From assembly GCA_951406725.2 (NCBI GenBank), contig OX597818.1, positions 41,726,001 to 41,790,000 on the forward strand: a DNA stretch of 64,000 nt. The letters run 5' to 3'. The DNA is from Octopus vulgaris (lineage: Eukaryota). Below the pieces are notes generated by a model, which was not told the origin of the DNA, ran no database searches, and saw only the letters and a list, made by a program, of their open reading frames with translations. Position numbers and translations under genes: made by a program. Positions 13,251 to 27,390 of the stretch are shown one piece after another (the stretch's first letter is position 1; each line of letters starts with the position of its first letter).

Positions 13251-14654
13251 ATGTAGCCCAGGCATGGTTGTGTGGTTAAAAGTTAACTTTGCAACAATGC
13301 AATTATAGATTTGATCTCACTGTCTGGCATCTTGGGTATCTTCTACAATAGCCGCTGGTTGACCAATACCCTATCAGTGGAGTTTGTGTGTGTGGATGTA
13401 TGTGAGCATATGTATATATATTTAAGTATAGTGGTGTGTAAATTAAAAGGGGCAAGTGTCTTCTACTATAGCCTCAGGCCGACCAAAGCCTTGTGAGTGA
13501 ATTTGGTAGACGGAAACTGAAATAAGCTTGTCGTATATATGTATATATATATGTGTGTGTGTGTGTATATATATGTTTGTGTGTCTGTGCTTGACAACTG
13601 ATGCTGGTGTGTTTAGGTTCCCATAGCTTAGTGGTTCAGCAAAAGAGACCAATAGAATAAGTACTAGGCTTACAAAGAATAAGTCCTGGGGGTCGATTTG
13701 CTCAACTAAAGGCAGTGCTCCAGCATGGCCACAGTGGAATGGCTGAAACAAGTAAAAGAGTAAAAGAGTATGAAACATAAACATTCCATTTTTACTTTGG
13801 TTTATGAAAATTCAATTAATATATTTGGCTGAAACTTCAGAATCTTAATTTGAAATCTAAAACTAAATTTGACCTAACAAGACAATTAACAACAACTGGT
13901 TTAATTTTAATTCATACATCTTATCAAGTGACTTCTGCTTCTGAATACTAGTTAGCAAATTCTATATGAGATTATCTTTAAAAAGCCTTGATGGATTCAT
14001 TAAAGTTGTACTCAACTTTAGTTTCAAAAAATTAAGCAGATGAGAGGTAAGTATCCAATCTGTAAGGGATAATATTCCCAGAAGAACTGATAACTTCTGT
14101 TGAGAGCTATGTGAATTGGGGTGCATAGAATTAAGGTATTGATAGTGAAATGTTAGCAGAGAATTCAAACTTAATTCAATATTTATTTGACTTGAAAGAG
14201 AATAGGGAACTTATGTTTGTTGATAAAAATTGTCAAATGACATTTTAACAAGTGATTGTTAGTACTTTTATGAAAGAGATTCAAAAACATATCATCATAA
14301 AACATTGATGCAAAGTAAATTTTGTGTATTTACTTTCTTTCTCCTTCTTTTAAGAAAGAGAGATACAGAGAACGAAAGGGAGATTAAATTCTGAATATGT
14401 CAAGGCTTTAACAATATCCTTTTCCTTTCAGATGACCACAGGTGAAACACTAAACTGTATGGGATGGTGCTGTATTTTAAATTCTATGATTGTAGCTTTA
14501 CCTATTAAAGTATTAGGTTGTTCTGAAAATAATGGCCACTCTAAGTGTTGTATTTTGAAATGCAATTTTATCATAATGTTTTAATTCTATTTTAGGTGAA
14601 TTTTGACATACTTAATAATTGATGTATGCTCTTTAATAATTTTCTACTTTTTTT

Positions 14655-15067
14655 CAGACAGAAAACATTCTTGAAGCATAGGTGCCCTTAATTATGAACA
14701 TTACAAAAAAGGACCTTTACTTACTTTTCTTGCAGGAGTTCAAGTTTGAACACAATGCCTCCCAAACTGCTGCCAATATCAAAAGAGCACGGGGAGAGGG
14801 GCCCACAAGTGATTGCACAAAGGTGGTTTCAAAAATTACATAGTGGTGATGAGAGCCTTGAAGATAAAGAAGGATGATCATGCAATCTTGACAATGAAGA
14901 ACTGAAAGCAATTGTTGAATGAAACCCATGTCAAAGTGTCAGAGAAATGTCTCAGGCACTTGGTGTCGGTATTGCAACAGTCTCATGCAATCTGCAGAAG
15001 ATTGGTAAGGGGAAAAAGCTCAATAAATGAGTACCGCATGAGCTCAATGAAAATCAAAAACCAGCGT
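14655..15067 (+). mobile_element. Mariner transposase N-terminal fragment (pseudogene)
   Basis: MNITKKDLYLLFLQEFKFEHNASQTAANI..WFQKLHSGDESLED..LKAIVE..*VPHELNENQK with stops; includes the mariner WVPHEL linker. Confidence 0.85.
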
Positions 15068-15169
15068 GAGGGCCAGTCAGGCAGTTCATGCACTTTATGA
15101 ATCATAATCTCATTGACAATGGTTTCAAATGAGCCAATCATTGGGTCACAGCATTTCTGATAGCCTGGT

Positions 15170-15490
15170 ACTCTGTCGGTTTTGATGATGAGAGTTCCAG
15201 TTGATTCAGTCAACAGAATAGCTTGTTCATGAAATCAATATGCAAGTGGCTGAACACTCCACAGATGCTTGTACCCTTAACATAGTTCTGAAGGAGATTC
15301 AGTGTAACACAAAATGTGACAAAGCTAGTCCTTTGAAATGTAGGTACAACTCATTTTTGTCAGCTGAGTGGACTAGAGCAACGTGAAATCAAGTTCCCTG
15401 CTCAAGAATACAATGAATCTCCAGCAATCAAACTCATGACCTTATGAATGTGAGCTGAACTCTCTAACCACTAAGCCATGTGCCTTCACG
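15170..15490 (-). mobile_element. tRNA-derived SINE family C
   Basis: gtgaaggcacatggcttagtggttag..ctagtccactcagctg..aaatgagttgtacc; a second copy lies at 51782-52080 (+). Confidence 0.7.
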
Positions 15491-16199
15491 TTTCTGATAT
15501 TGAAAATAACAAAGGAGTGTTTATATAGTGAATATATGCAACAAGATGTTTGTGTATTTGTTTTTATTTAGTATGCCATTTTATAGGTTATCTCACCAAT
15601 ATTTACATCATTTGCTGACATACATTAGCAAAAGATATAGACGTAGAACAGTAAAAAATATAGATATACATACACATGTAAGACAGAGCAGGCTTCTGTA
15701 GAGTTTTAGTCTACCAGTTTCGCTCACAAGATATTATTTAGCTCAAGGCTGCATAGAAGATACTTGTCCAAGGTACCAAACTGTAGGATCAAACCTAGAA
15801 CTATGTTAAGAAACAAATTTCTGAAACATACAGCCATGATTGTATAGTAATATTATACTGTACTAATGTGTTTTAGTTACTTGTAAGATTGAAGGAGATT
15901 AAAACATTTAAATTCTTGTCAAGATTAGAATGGATTAATATATATTTTTAGTTAATATATGCCTTATTAATAAAAGTTACTTGTAATGTAACATTGAATC
16001 AACATATTTTTGTTATTGCTGTGATTAGAGTGGAATAATAAAATTCGACTAATAATCAAGCTAAAGCAATTAAAAGCCAATTTGTCAAATATACTTAATT
16101 TGTTTCCAGCATGTTTTCTTAACGTATTCATCTTGGCATAAGTCCGAACAAGTTAATTAGCTATGGATGATTAAATTATATATGTATATGTATGTACTT

Positions 16200-16277
16200 A
16201 GGTATGTATGTCTGTCTATCTATCTATCTATCTATCTATCTATCCATCTATCCATCCATCCATCCATCCATCCATCC

Positions 16278-16351
<74 letters not shown>

Positions 16352-16375
16352 TTATCTGTCTGTCTGTCTGTCTAT
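16200..16375. repeat. Compound (ATCT)n/(ATCC)n/(GTCT)n microsatellite
   Basis: Directly visible. Confidence 0.95.
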
Positions 16376-17281
16376 ACATACAAGTGTGACTGCGAGTAAA
16401 AAGTTTACTTCCCAACCAAATGGGTCTGGGTTCAGTACCACTGCATAGCATATTAGATAAGGATTTTCTACATTAGTCATAGTCCAATCAAAGCCTTCTG
16501 AGTGGATCTAGTTGACAGAAACTGAAAGAAGCCCATCGTGTGTGTGTGTGGGGAGGAGTGATTGTGTAATGTATGTTTATGTCTACTTGTCTTGATATAG
16601 TGTGATAGCTGCAAATGAGGGTTACTGTCATACAAGTAGAGACATCCATTTCCAATATACCATAAGAACATGTCTGGCCACTAAGAAATATTACCTTCCT
16701 TGGAAACAGGTGAAGGTTGGTTACAGAAAAGGTAAAGGTATCTGGCTAAAGAAAATCTGCCTCAATTAAAATCCATCTAATCTATGCAAGCATGGGAAAA
16801 GTGAACATTAAATGATGATGGTACATACATGCATATATATTTAAGGACTCTTCAAATGGTTAGAGATTTAGGGTATCCTAATTGAGATATTTGATGAGGG
16901 GGAGGAGGAGCTACAGATTTGTGACATAGAGAGCAACTAGGGATTCCTGTGGAACAGCTTGCTGAGTGCCACAGACTATATTCTGCTGTTGGTGCAAAAC
17001 CCCATCCAGACCTAGGGTAATATGGTGGTGGAACAATGTCATAGACAGGGCCATTAGAGCAAAGAAACAGGCCTGGAAGGTTACCAACCACTCATCTATC
17101 CCCATTCCTCATTGACCACTAGATAAGGGATTGGGGGATCTTGTCAAAGGCTTTCTCCAAGTAAACAAAAGTCAAGTACTGAGGTTTATTTTTGGCCAGG
17201 AATTTCTCCTGCATCTGTCTTACCAGAAATAAAGCATCAGTGGTGCTTTACATATATATATATCGTGAAGTATATTTTCCA

Positions 17282-17590
17282 CCTAAATGTGGCAGACCCA
17301 TAGGGGATGATGCGACTGTTGTTTAATAGCCCCAGGAAGACATCTCCTCCAGCTGGCTAACAATACACTGTCTGTGTCCAATTAGTATTTGTGAAGGAGC
17401 CTTATGGGACACACACAGACCCAGGTTTCTGAGTAATAACCTGTTATCAGTGTGTAATAATCACCAGCTATCGATGAGAACTCATTCCAAATGCAAAATA
17501 CTATGTACTTTTTCCAGTGACAAACTGTCGCTGAAACAAGCAATAATAAATCTCTGAGTGAGAAGTAAACAGTAGCAGCACAGAATCATC
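17282..17590. mobile_element. Unclassified ~310-bp insertion with 14-bp TSD
   Basis: TSD aagtatattttcca at 17268-17281 and 17591-17604; no ORF or tRNA head recognised. Confidence 0.6.
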
Positions 17591-18745
17591 AAGTATATTT
17601 TCCATATGGGGATGGCTGTGTGGTTAATAAGTATGCCACTTAGCCCCATGGTTTTAGGTTTAATCCTATTGTATTACATCTGGGGAAAGTGCTTTCTCCA
17701 ATAACTAGTTTAGTAGATTTGGTGGAATAGAAACTGAAAGAAGTTTGTCATCATCATCGTCGTTTAATGTCCGTTTTCCATGCTAGCATGGGTTGGACAG
17801 TTCGACTGGGGTCTGGGAAGCCAGGAGGCTGCACCAGGCTCCAGTCTGATCTGGCAGTGTTTCTACAGATGGATGCCCATCCTAACGCCAACCACTCCAA
17901 GAGTGTAGTGGGTGCTTTTTACATGCCACCGGCACAGGGGCCAGAGGAAGCTGGCAACGGCCATGATCGGTTGGTGCTTTTTACATGTCACAGGCATGGA
18001 AGCCAGTCAAAGCGGCACTGGCATTGGCCATGCTCGGATAGTGCTTTTTACGTGCCACCAGCACATATATATATACATAATCTTAAGTCAGAAAACAAAG
18101 AAAACACTTCTTTCACTTAGCAGAAATCGTGCAACAAAGACTTGAACATTCACCCACCCACCCTGCCTCGTTAACTAATTTCAGTTCACCCAAATAAGCT
18201 TTGATAACAAGCATGCCTCTGCTGGCAACAATGTTCTAGATGCGAAAGCAACAATGAGTGAGGGAATCTCTTTGTGATGGTGATCTCATTCTATCATACC
18301 CAAGATATTTTAGCATAAATTAATATGGATCTTCTATATCTACAAATAAGGAAGTGATATGATAGATTGACTTCTAAGACTATTTGTTCATCTCACCTTC
18401 CCAGAGAAAGAGAGAGAGAGACAGGGAGAGAGAAGGAGAGAGAGAGAGAGGTGGGGAAAGATATACAGAAGGGGAAGGGGAGAGAGTGATGGAGAAAACG
18501 GAATGGGAGAATGAGGAAAGAGAGAGGCATTGTGATTTGGAAGTAGAAATGGGAAGTATAAAATTAGATATTGTAGAGCATCTGATCCAGAAGTCTTATA
18601 TTTGTGCCAGCTCGACCTTCATAGTTAAATTGTTATCTTTGCTACACATTGAAGAGAAACCAATGAAGTAAATAGAATGTCATGAGCTATTTATAGAGAA
18701 ATTATATTTATCTCAACTTTTCTCTCTTTTTCTCTTTAATTTATA

Positions 18746-18797
<52 letters not shown>

Positions 18798-18964
18798 CAC
18801 ACATACACATACATACAAACACACACACACATACAGATATATTAATGTTGGTTTTTATGCTCAGTCCTAAGAGAACAAGGATTGCTCCATATGTTTGTAG
18901 AGTACAAATTATAATTCTTTAATTCTATACAAGAATATTATTGATAGTGATTTCAAAGTCTTGG

Positions 18965-19000
<36 letters not shown>

Positions 19001-19099
19001 ATAAGCACATAAATGCAAAACGAGGTGGAAAAAAAACAGTACTTGAATACGAATGGTAGTGTAATATGTTTTTTATTGAAATTGCAAAACATCACAAAA

Positions 19100-19141
19100 A
19101 ACTGTGACTCCAAGTTTTGCGTTCCTGCTCATCAGATAGTT
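19100..19141 (-). ncRNA. Minimal type-I hammerhead ribozyme motif (decayed), Penelope pLTR-like context ~19000-19171
   Basis: aactat-CTGATGA-gc(aggaac)gc-aAAA-ct(tgg)ag-TC-acagtt: stems I/II/III and a GUC site are present, G12 is mutated to A; abuts the hairpin gtgatcaagact/agtcttgatcac (19142-19171). Confidence 0.65.
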
Positions 19142-20025
19142 GTGATCAAGACTAATTGCAGTCTTGATCACCAAGTTCCAGTCTGATTTCGCACACCCTT
19201 CCTAACCCAACCACTCCAAGAGCATAACTGGTGCTTTCAACGTATTATTGGCACAAGTGCCAGTCATGTGACACCAGCATCGGCTATAACTATACTTTCA
19301 CTTGGTTTGATGAGTCTACCACATTGTACCGAATGCAAGGGAATGCAACTCTTGAAGCGAGCCTCCTAAAGACAGACTCAGCTGTATATCATATGATTTT
19401 GTAATTAGTGCACAAAATGCACTTTTCACTTGTCAGTGCAAGCATAGTCAAGACATATAAAAACCAATAACAAAAATCGATGTAGTTATTATAGTAGTTT
19501 TGACTTTAAGAGTCCCTCCTTGCTTGAGGCATTTATGTATAGTAATGCCCTTAATATAAATAAATATATTTATAGGGAATAATTAATAAAATTTTCCTTT
19601 ATGAGGTTTTTCATGCTAACTACTTGATAAATTTTTATAAAGATTTTATCCTATATTTAAATTGTAAATTTAACCAGAGTACTGAAATGCAATTCGAAAA
19701 GCCCACCTCTTACATAGATATATAAGTGTAAACAATTTCTATGTACTATGCTGGATACATTTGCTGTTGGTCTGGTATGTTGATTTTTGTTTATTTTTAT
19801 ATGTCTAGACTACATTCAATAAAAAAAATTCTTGAGGATGGTGCTCCAGCATGGTCACAGTCTAATGACTGAAACAAGCAAAAGATAGAAGATAAAAGGC
19901 AGAGACAAATTCTGAATGAAAAACTTCTTCCTGCAGTTGTCTGACTGAGAAGGCAACACCAGTTCCCCCCCCCCCAGCCTGAACAAGCCCAAACTGAATC
20001 TTGCCTAAAGAAATTCTCTCCTAAA

Positions 20026-20062
<37 letters not shown>

Positions 20063-20354
20063 GCCGCTGCCGCCGCCGCCATCACCACCACCACCACTGC
20101 TGTCGCTGCTGTCATCACCACCACCATCACAACATACATACACACATATAGTTAACTCTGAATTTAATAAACTAATAGTGGGATTTATTTACTGAGGCAG
20201 GATAAAATAAAGAAAATAATAAATACATACAAGTCTACATGGGATACAATATAAACAAAACAGCTGAAGTACACATGGTATACTTCACTAAGAAAAAAAA
20301 TTATAGTGTTACTGTTGAATGATCCAGTAAATTGAAGGTAACACAGAGTCCATA

Positions 20355-20385
<31 letters not shown>

Positions 20386-20753
20386 CTACTCAAATGCAAT
20401 GCCCAACCTTTCAATTCATTCAATTCACTACTTGCTGGTGTCGAACAAAAGGCACCCCATACCAGTGATGCATAAGAGGTACCCCGTGCTGGTGACATGT
20501 AGAAGGCACCCCATGTCATGTCACTGACTTGTATTAAGTAACCCCTTGCCAGTGACACATTAAGGGCTCCTGTGTTGGTGACATGCAAAAAACATCCAGT
20601 ATGCTCTGTGGAGTGGTTGGTGTTAGGAAGGGCACCCAGCTATAGAAACCAAGCCAAAACAGTCTGGGACATGGTAAGCCGGAGAGCTGCACCAGTCTGG
20701 GACCTGGTGCAGCTCTCCGGCTTACCAGTTCCAGTCAAACCATCTAACCCATG

Positions 20754-21065
20754 TGTGGAGCCACATGGCCTAGTGGTTAGAGCAGCAGATTCGTAGTCGA
20801 GGGATCATGGGTTCGAATCTCAGGCTGGGCGATGTGTGTGTTTATGAGCGAAACACCTAAATTCCACGCAGCTTTGGCAGAAGGTAATGGTGAGCTTCTG
20901 CTGACTCTTTCACCACAACTTTCTCTCACTCTTTCCTACTGCATCTTGCAGCTCACCTACGACGGACTGGCGTCCCGTCCAGGTGGGGAACCTATACGCC
21001 AATGAAACCAGGAAACCGGCCCTTATGAGCCAGGCATGGCTCGAGAAGGAACAAACAAAAACAAA
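20754..21065 (+). mobile_element. tRNA-derived V-SINE-like element with 13-bp TSD, nested in an RTE 3'UTR
   Basis: A box tggcctagtgg, B box ggttcgaatc, V-domain-like gactggcgtcccgtccagg, (CAAA)n tail; TSD catctaacccatg at 20741-20753 and 21066-21078; related copy at ~5655-5862 (-). Confidence 0.8.
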
Positions 21066-21404
21066 CATCTAACCCATGCCAGCATGGGAAACAGACATTA
21101 AATGATGATGATTTGCTTTTACTTGTCACTGTTTTCTGCTTTTCTGTTAGTCCCTTTCCTATTGCTCTAAGGAAAATAAACAAATAAAAAAATTCTTACT
21201 TCTCTCTCTCTCCCTCTCATTCCTCTCTCTCTCTCTGTCCTTCTCAATCCTCTCTCTCTCTCCCCATAAAATGTTTATATCTTTTGTTTACTATTTCATG
21301 TAATTTTTAACTTTTCAAACTTTATTAAAGCATTGTATTACAATCATTTGGTCCGCTAAATCTGAAATTTGTTAAATTGGGGTCTCTTAAAACAAGGGTT
21401 TACT

Positions 21405-21957
21405 GTATGTATGTATGTACACACGTATGTATGTATGCATGTATGTACGTATGTATGTATGTACGTACGCATGTATGTATGTATGTACGTACGCATGTAT
21501 GTATGTGCATGTGTATGTATGTGTATGTATGTATGTATATATGTATGTACATACGTACGTACATATGTATGTATGCATATATGTATATACCTATGTATGG
21601 ATGTATATGTGTATATACATGCATACATACTCATATATGTATGTATGTATGTATGTATGTGTGTACGTACGCACATATGTATGTATGTACCTATGTATGG
21701 ATGTATATGTGTATATACATGCACACATATGTATATATGTATGTATGTATGTATATATGTATGTATGTATGTAAGTATGTATGAATGTATGCATGCATAT
21801 GTGTATGTATGTGTGCATATGTATATATGTATGTATGTATGTATGCATGCATGTTTGTGTATGCGTGTATGTGTGAATGCATGCATGTGTATGTATGTAT
21901 GTATGTATGTATGTATGTATGCATGTATGCATGTATGTACCTATATGTGTGTGTGTG
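21405..21957. repeat. Long degenerate (TATG)n/RY microsatellite
   Basis: About 550 bp of near-alternating purine-pyrimidine sequence; source of many spurious ORFs. Confidence 0.95.
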
Positions 21958-22216
21958 TTGTGTAACTTTATAAACTTATTATTTAAATAACTTAAGGGAA
22001 TAGGCTGTACTTTCTCACTGGGTGTATTCTAAGATTTCACATTTGTTATTTTATTGGCATAAGTTACATACCATTCTTCCCTCTGTCTGTGGGTCATGGA
22101 ATAAAAATGCAGCATTTTTTTGCTCTATAGTGTAATTCCTTTAATGATGAAATATATTTTCGCAAATTTTTTTATTGATTTCATCAAGAATCTAATTTCT
22201 AACAAATAAAAATAAA

Positions 22217-22276
<60 letters not shown>

Positions 22277-23241
22277 AAGGAGATGAAGAATACGATGATG
22301 ATGATGACCTTTTATTTAAAATACTGTCTGGATCCTTTCATGAAAAATGTATTTCAAAGAGATAGTTGAGAACATGTGGGTATATATGCACAGTTATATA
22401 TATATAAAAAAATTATGGGATTTACGAAAACATTATGGAATATATTCTTTCCTACTCTAGGCACAAGGCCTGAAATTTTGGGGGAGGGGCCAGTCAATTA
22501 GATCGTCCCCAGTATGCAACTGGTACTTAATTTATTGACCCTAAAAGGATGAAAAGCGAAGCCAACCTCAGCAGAATTTGAACGCAAAATATAAAGACAG
22601 ACAAAATACCTGTTTCTTTATTACCCATAAGGGGCTAATATAGAGGGGACAAACAAGGACAGACAAACGGATTAAGTTGATTACATCGACCCCAGTGTGT
22701 AACTGGTACTTAATTTATCGACCCCGAAAGGATGAAAGGCAAAATCGACCTTGGCGGAATTTGAACTCAGAATGTAACGACAGACGAAATACGGCTACGC
22801 ATTTTGCCCGGTGTGCTAATGGTTCTGCCAGCTCACCGCCTTACTTTATGTAATATATTAAGACATTAAAATTGGTCTGTAAACATAAATTACTCAAAAT
22901 AAGCAATAAGTATACACATAAGTATATAAATAGAAATATAATAACCAACAAGACAACCCAACCACATACGGATGAGAAATCCCCACCTAGGTTTGTTCAG
23001 GCACCACACGATCCCATCAACAACCTTTTACATCTAGTATTGGAAACTGAAACTTCTGAAATGCCCATGAATATTCTTAGAGTTAGACTAGGTTTAGAGT
23101 TCAATTGGTACTGAATTTATCGACCTTGGAAAGGATGAAAGGCAAAGTCAACCTCAGAATTTGAACTCAGAACATAAGGATGGACAAAATGCCACTAGGC
23201 ATTTTGCCCAACATGCTGATGGTTTTTGACAGCTTCTGCTT

Positions 23242-23301
<60 letters not shown>

Positions 23302-23610
23302 ACTTTTTTGCTTGTTTCAGTCATTTGACTGCGGCCATGCTGGAGCACCGCTTTTTAGTCAAGCAAATTGACCCCGGGACTTATTCTTTGTAAGCCCAGT
23401 ACTTATTCTATCGGTCTCTTTTGCCAAACTGCTAAGTGACAGGGACGTAAACACACCAGCATCGGTTGTCAAACAATGCTAGAGGGACAAACACAAACAT
23501 ACACACACACATACATATATATATACATATATACGACAGGCTTCTTTCAGTTTCCGTCTACCAAATCCACTCACAAGGCTTTGGTTGGCCCAAGGCTAAT
23601 AATAATAATG

Positions 23611-23641
<31 letters not shown>

Positions 23642-23642
23642 T

Positions 23643-24200
23643 AAATGCCCTGATGCAGTACCAGGCAGTGGCTCTCATGGTTTCTGATCTAAACTGATTG
23701 GAAGTGTTATCATGTACATTGTTTTGTCTTGGTATAAAAGAAGGGCTACGGCAAATATTCCGCTCAATACCACAGATTTGCTTGTCAGATGTTTGACCGT
23801 AACCAGTTGAGCATGTCCCTTAGTGGCTGACGATATGTGCATCTCTGATCACGAGCAGAAGTAGTGGGGGAGCATCATAGCCATGTGTTGAGAGGAATTC
23901 TTTGGGGTTTGAATAATTCACCTCAGGAAACATGGGTGTTTTGTTCAACATCCTTAAACAACCCTTATTCAGGGACCTTTTGAGTAGGATGGGTTACTCG
24001 ACCAGAAGAAAATTCTACCTGGGCCCCACCCGCAAGGTCATGTGCTGTTTATCTTGATATGAGATCACCATGTCGCACACATATGGTTGTGATGCATGTG
24101 CCTGGTGTACCCTTATCAGATGGGTAGTCATGATGGGTATACTGGGCTTCGTATATTTTACCCCAGTGTCACTTTGATGGCATGCACTGCTCTCTCACTC
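23643..24200. mobile_element. Non-coding ~560-bp element inserted in (TAA)n
   Basis: GC-richer than its flanks; bounded by (TAA)n on the left and aataat on the right; directly upstream of the R4/Dong element; no ORF. Confidence 0.5.
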
Positions 24201-24206
24201 AATAAT

Positions 24207-25457
24207 GAGCCCAAGGAGGTCGAGGCCTGATCCAATTTGAACTAGCTTACAAAACAACCACAATTGGACTGGCCAAATATCTCGAAATATCGAATGACTG
24301 GATGCTAAAGCTCGTGGAAAATCACGAGAGACGAAAGAAGCTTCATTCTATTATAAAGGAAAGCAAAAAATTTGCTATTGATCTCGTGCAGGATACCCAA
24401 ACTGAACAACCCGAGGGAAGTACGGCAACTATTGTTGCAAAGAAGGTGAAAATGATGGCAACGAAAAAAGCGCACGAGCAATTGGCTGATAGGTGGGAGG
24501 AGAAACCTCTGCACGGCAAATATGTGACCCGCAGCAAACAAGCTGATGTTGACCAGAAGCAAACCCATCAGTGGCTACGGAGCTCAGGGCTAAAAGCAGA
24601 GAGCGAAGGTTTCATCCTGGCTGCTCAAGATCAAAGCCTATTAACCCGGAACTACCAGGCCAATGTGATGAAAAATGGAGCAGACCCAAAATGCCGATTC
24701 TGCAACGACATGATTGAAACAGTGGACCACCTAATCTCTGGATGTAAAGTCTTAGCACCAGTGGAGTATAAATTAAGACATGACAGAGTTGGCCAATATC
24801 TACACTGGCTAATAAGTCGGCATTACAATATCAAAACTGCCGACAAGTGGTATAATCACCACCCTGAGGCTGTAACTGAAGGAGAAAATGTAACCATTCT
24901 GTGGGACTTTCCAGTACATACAGACTGAACCATCAAGGCCAATAAACCAGATATTGTTGTGAAAGACCAAAACAATAAAGTTTGCTTATTGATCGACATG
25001 AGCATCCCCTGTGATCATAATATCTCAGCGAAAGAGTTTGACAAGCTCAGAAAATATAAAGACCTACTCATTGAAATTGAGAAAATGTGGCATCTCAAGG
25101 CGGTTACAATACCAGTGATCGTAGGAGCACTAGGAATGATCAAGAAGGGAACCGAAAATTATATGAGAATGATCCCTGGCTTACCATCCCTGCAAGAAGT
25201 GCAAAAGATTGTCTTAACTGGTACATCGCACGTATTGAGAAGAGCATTGTCGATGTGAGAACTGTTGCTGCTCATGTATTTTAATTTAACTTAAAAAAAA
25301 AAAAAAAAAAAATGAACGAACTATTGAGTTTGGTTTAATGGCCTACCAATGTATACTATGAGTTTCTTTGCCCTAGGATTCGGGAAGACACTCGGCAAGA
25401 AATGGAAGCAAATTTGAAAGAAGAAAAAAAAAAGTAATAATAATAATAATAATAATA
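24207..25457 (+). mobile_element. 5'-truncated R4/Dong-clade non-LTR retrotransposon
   Basis: GGRGL..; CCHC zinc knuckle CRFC..ETVDHLISGC..RHD; RLE motifs WDF..KPDIV..IDMSIP..K..KYKDL; one premature TGA at 24926-24928; 3'UTR followed by (TAA)n, the known Dong-type target. Confidence 0.9.
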
Positions 25458-27390
25458 TTAATAATAAGGTAGATGACCCTGCTCGGTCTGCAGAAAAGGC
25501 GTAGGTAGAAACTCTGTAAGATGTACCCAGTGTAAGATATGGACACATAAGAGGTGCAGCAATATGAAAGGAAGGCTAATTTGGAGGTTAGTTTTTGTAT
25601 GTGGCAGATGCTCGGGAGCAATATGTAACACTGAAAATGTGCAGAGAACAACTTCCGCCACATTCCAGGGAGAAAAACTAGAAGTAGTTGACGGCTTCCG
25701 TTACCTAGGAGACCAAGTCAGTGAGGGAGGGGGCTAGTCGATTATACTGAACCCAGTGTTTCACTGGTACTTAATTTATCAACCATGGAAAGATGAAAGG
25801 CAAAGTCAACCTCAGTGGAATTTGAACTCAAAATGTAAAGGCAGATGAAATACTGCTAAGCATTCCGCCCAACATGCTAATGATTCAGCCAGCTCACCAC
25901 CTTCTTAGTAATAGTGATGATGATGATGATGATGATGTGGAGGAGGAGGAGGAGGAGGAGGAGAAGGATTTCTTTATTTGCCATCAGGGCAATGAATGAT
26001 AATGATTTCTTTATTTGCCTTCAGGGCAATGGATGAGGCGAACAATACAAAGACGGATATAAAGGGTGAGGATTTACATAGAATGGGATGATAAAAAAAT
26101 AAAGAAATCAAGTATACGTGGTTAAACATCAATTTAAAAAAAGTAAGGATAGTAGTGATGCAATCCTCTCAACACAAGATGAGGATGATGATAATAATAG
26201 TAATAATTTCTAAATTAGACACTGAGTCATACTGTTTAAGTGGAGGTGGGGAATATAATCGATTCATTCAACCCCATTGACCTGGAAAGATGAAAGGCAA
26301 TATCAACTCTGGCAGGATTTCAGCTCAGAATGTCAAAATATGTAACTGAATACTGAAAAGCATTTTATCCAGTATTTTACTAAGACTGCCATCCTTTCAT
26401 TAACAACAACAGCAGCAGCAGCAACAAAAACAACAACAACAACAGCAACAACATAAACAACAATATAAAAAATAACAATAATATTAATTTAAAAAAAATA
26501 ATACTAATTTAATGAATGGACAATTACCCTTTGATTTAGGGTGGAGAAGAAATGATATTGAATGGCATTCATGCCTTTTCAAAAGCTTTAGGAATATGAA
26601 ATACAATTGGGAATTAAAACCAGATGACAAAACATGGCACAGTAAGAAAGCACCTCTATTCTGCCATTCCAGTGAAAAAGGAAAATGAAATTGAATTGGC
26701 TCCAAATACATGTCTTAATGCATAAAATTGTAACACACCCTTTACATAATTGGTTGTGACCCAGTTTATGCCACAAGTTTTATGCTGATTTCAGATTTGG
26801 TTTTTTGCCAAATGATTTATCCAATTTATGCCAGCTTAGAAGAAAAAAAAAAATTTAGTTAAAAATATTATGACAAGGCTTCTTTGATAGTGTAAATGTT
26901 TATAATGTTTATCAGTAGGTAAATGGACTACATGCCTAACAGAATTTAGTTTTATCTTTCAACGTTCAGTGTTTATATTCATATTAGTTTTACCTTTTAT
27001 CTCATAAGGGTTCATAAAATAAGCACAACTAAGCATGCGGTTATCAATTCAATATCGAGCATAAAAATTCCTTCAATAACTGCCAGACAAAAGTTAATAT
27101 CTTCATCATTATAATGTCAAAGGCATGGGCAGTAGCACAGTTTTATTACACAGGAATTTTTATGATATTCATAGAAATCTGCATTGATAATGTCATTTGA
27201 TGAATTATGCTGATTGTGGTTGGTTCACTTCCCTTTTTATCTTCTCCCTTACAAATATGTGATCTTCTGTCAATGCCAGAAATGAATATTATAACACAGG
27301 GCAAATATCAATAGACTAAGCTAAGATATTTTTGAACTGAGCCTATATCTCAGTTTTAGTTCTTATTTCCAACCATCCCACTTCGTTTAA

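Noticed and set aside
13962-14168. Second Penelope RT fragment (YLNSMHPN)
   Set aside because: Only one short motif resembles the family; too weak to call without an alignment.
17295-17390. HDV-like ribozyme
   Set aside because: I could not assemble the P2/P3/L3/P1.1 nested pseudoknot.
21356-21973. Many overlapping 60-198 aa ORFs (MYVC/HTYI repeats)
   Set aside because: Translations of a (TATG)n microsatellite; the same applies near 511-765, 10249-10538, 16167-16448 and 30639-30908.
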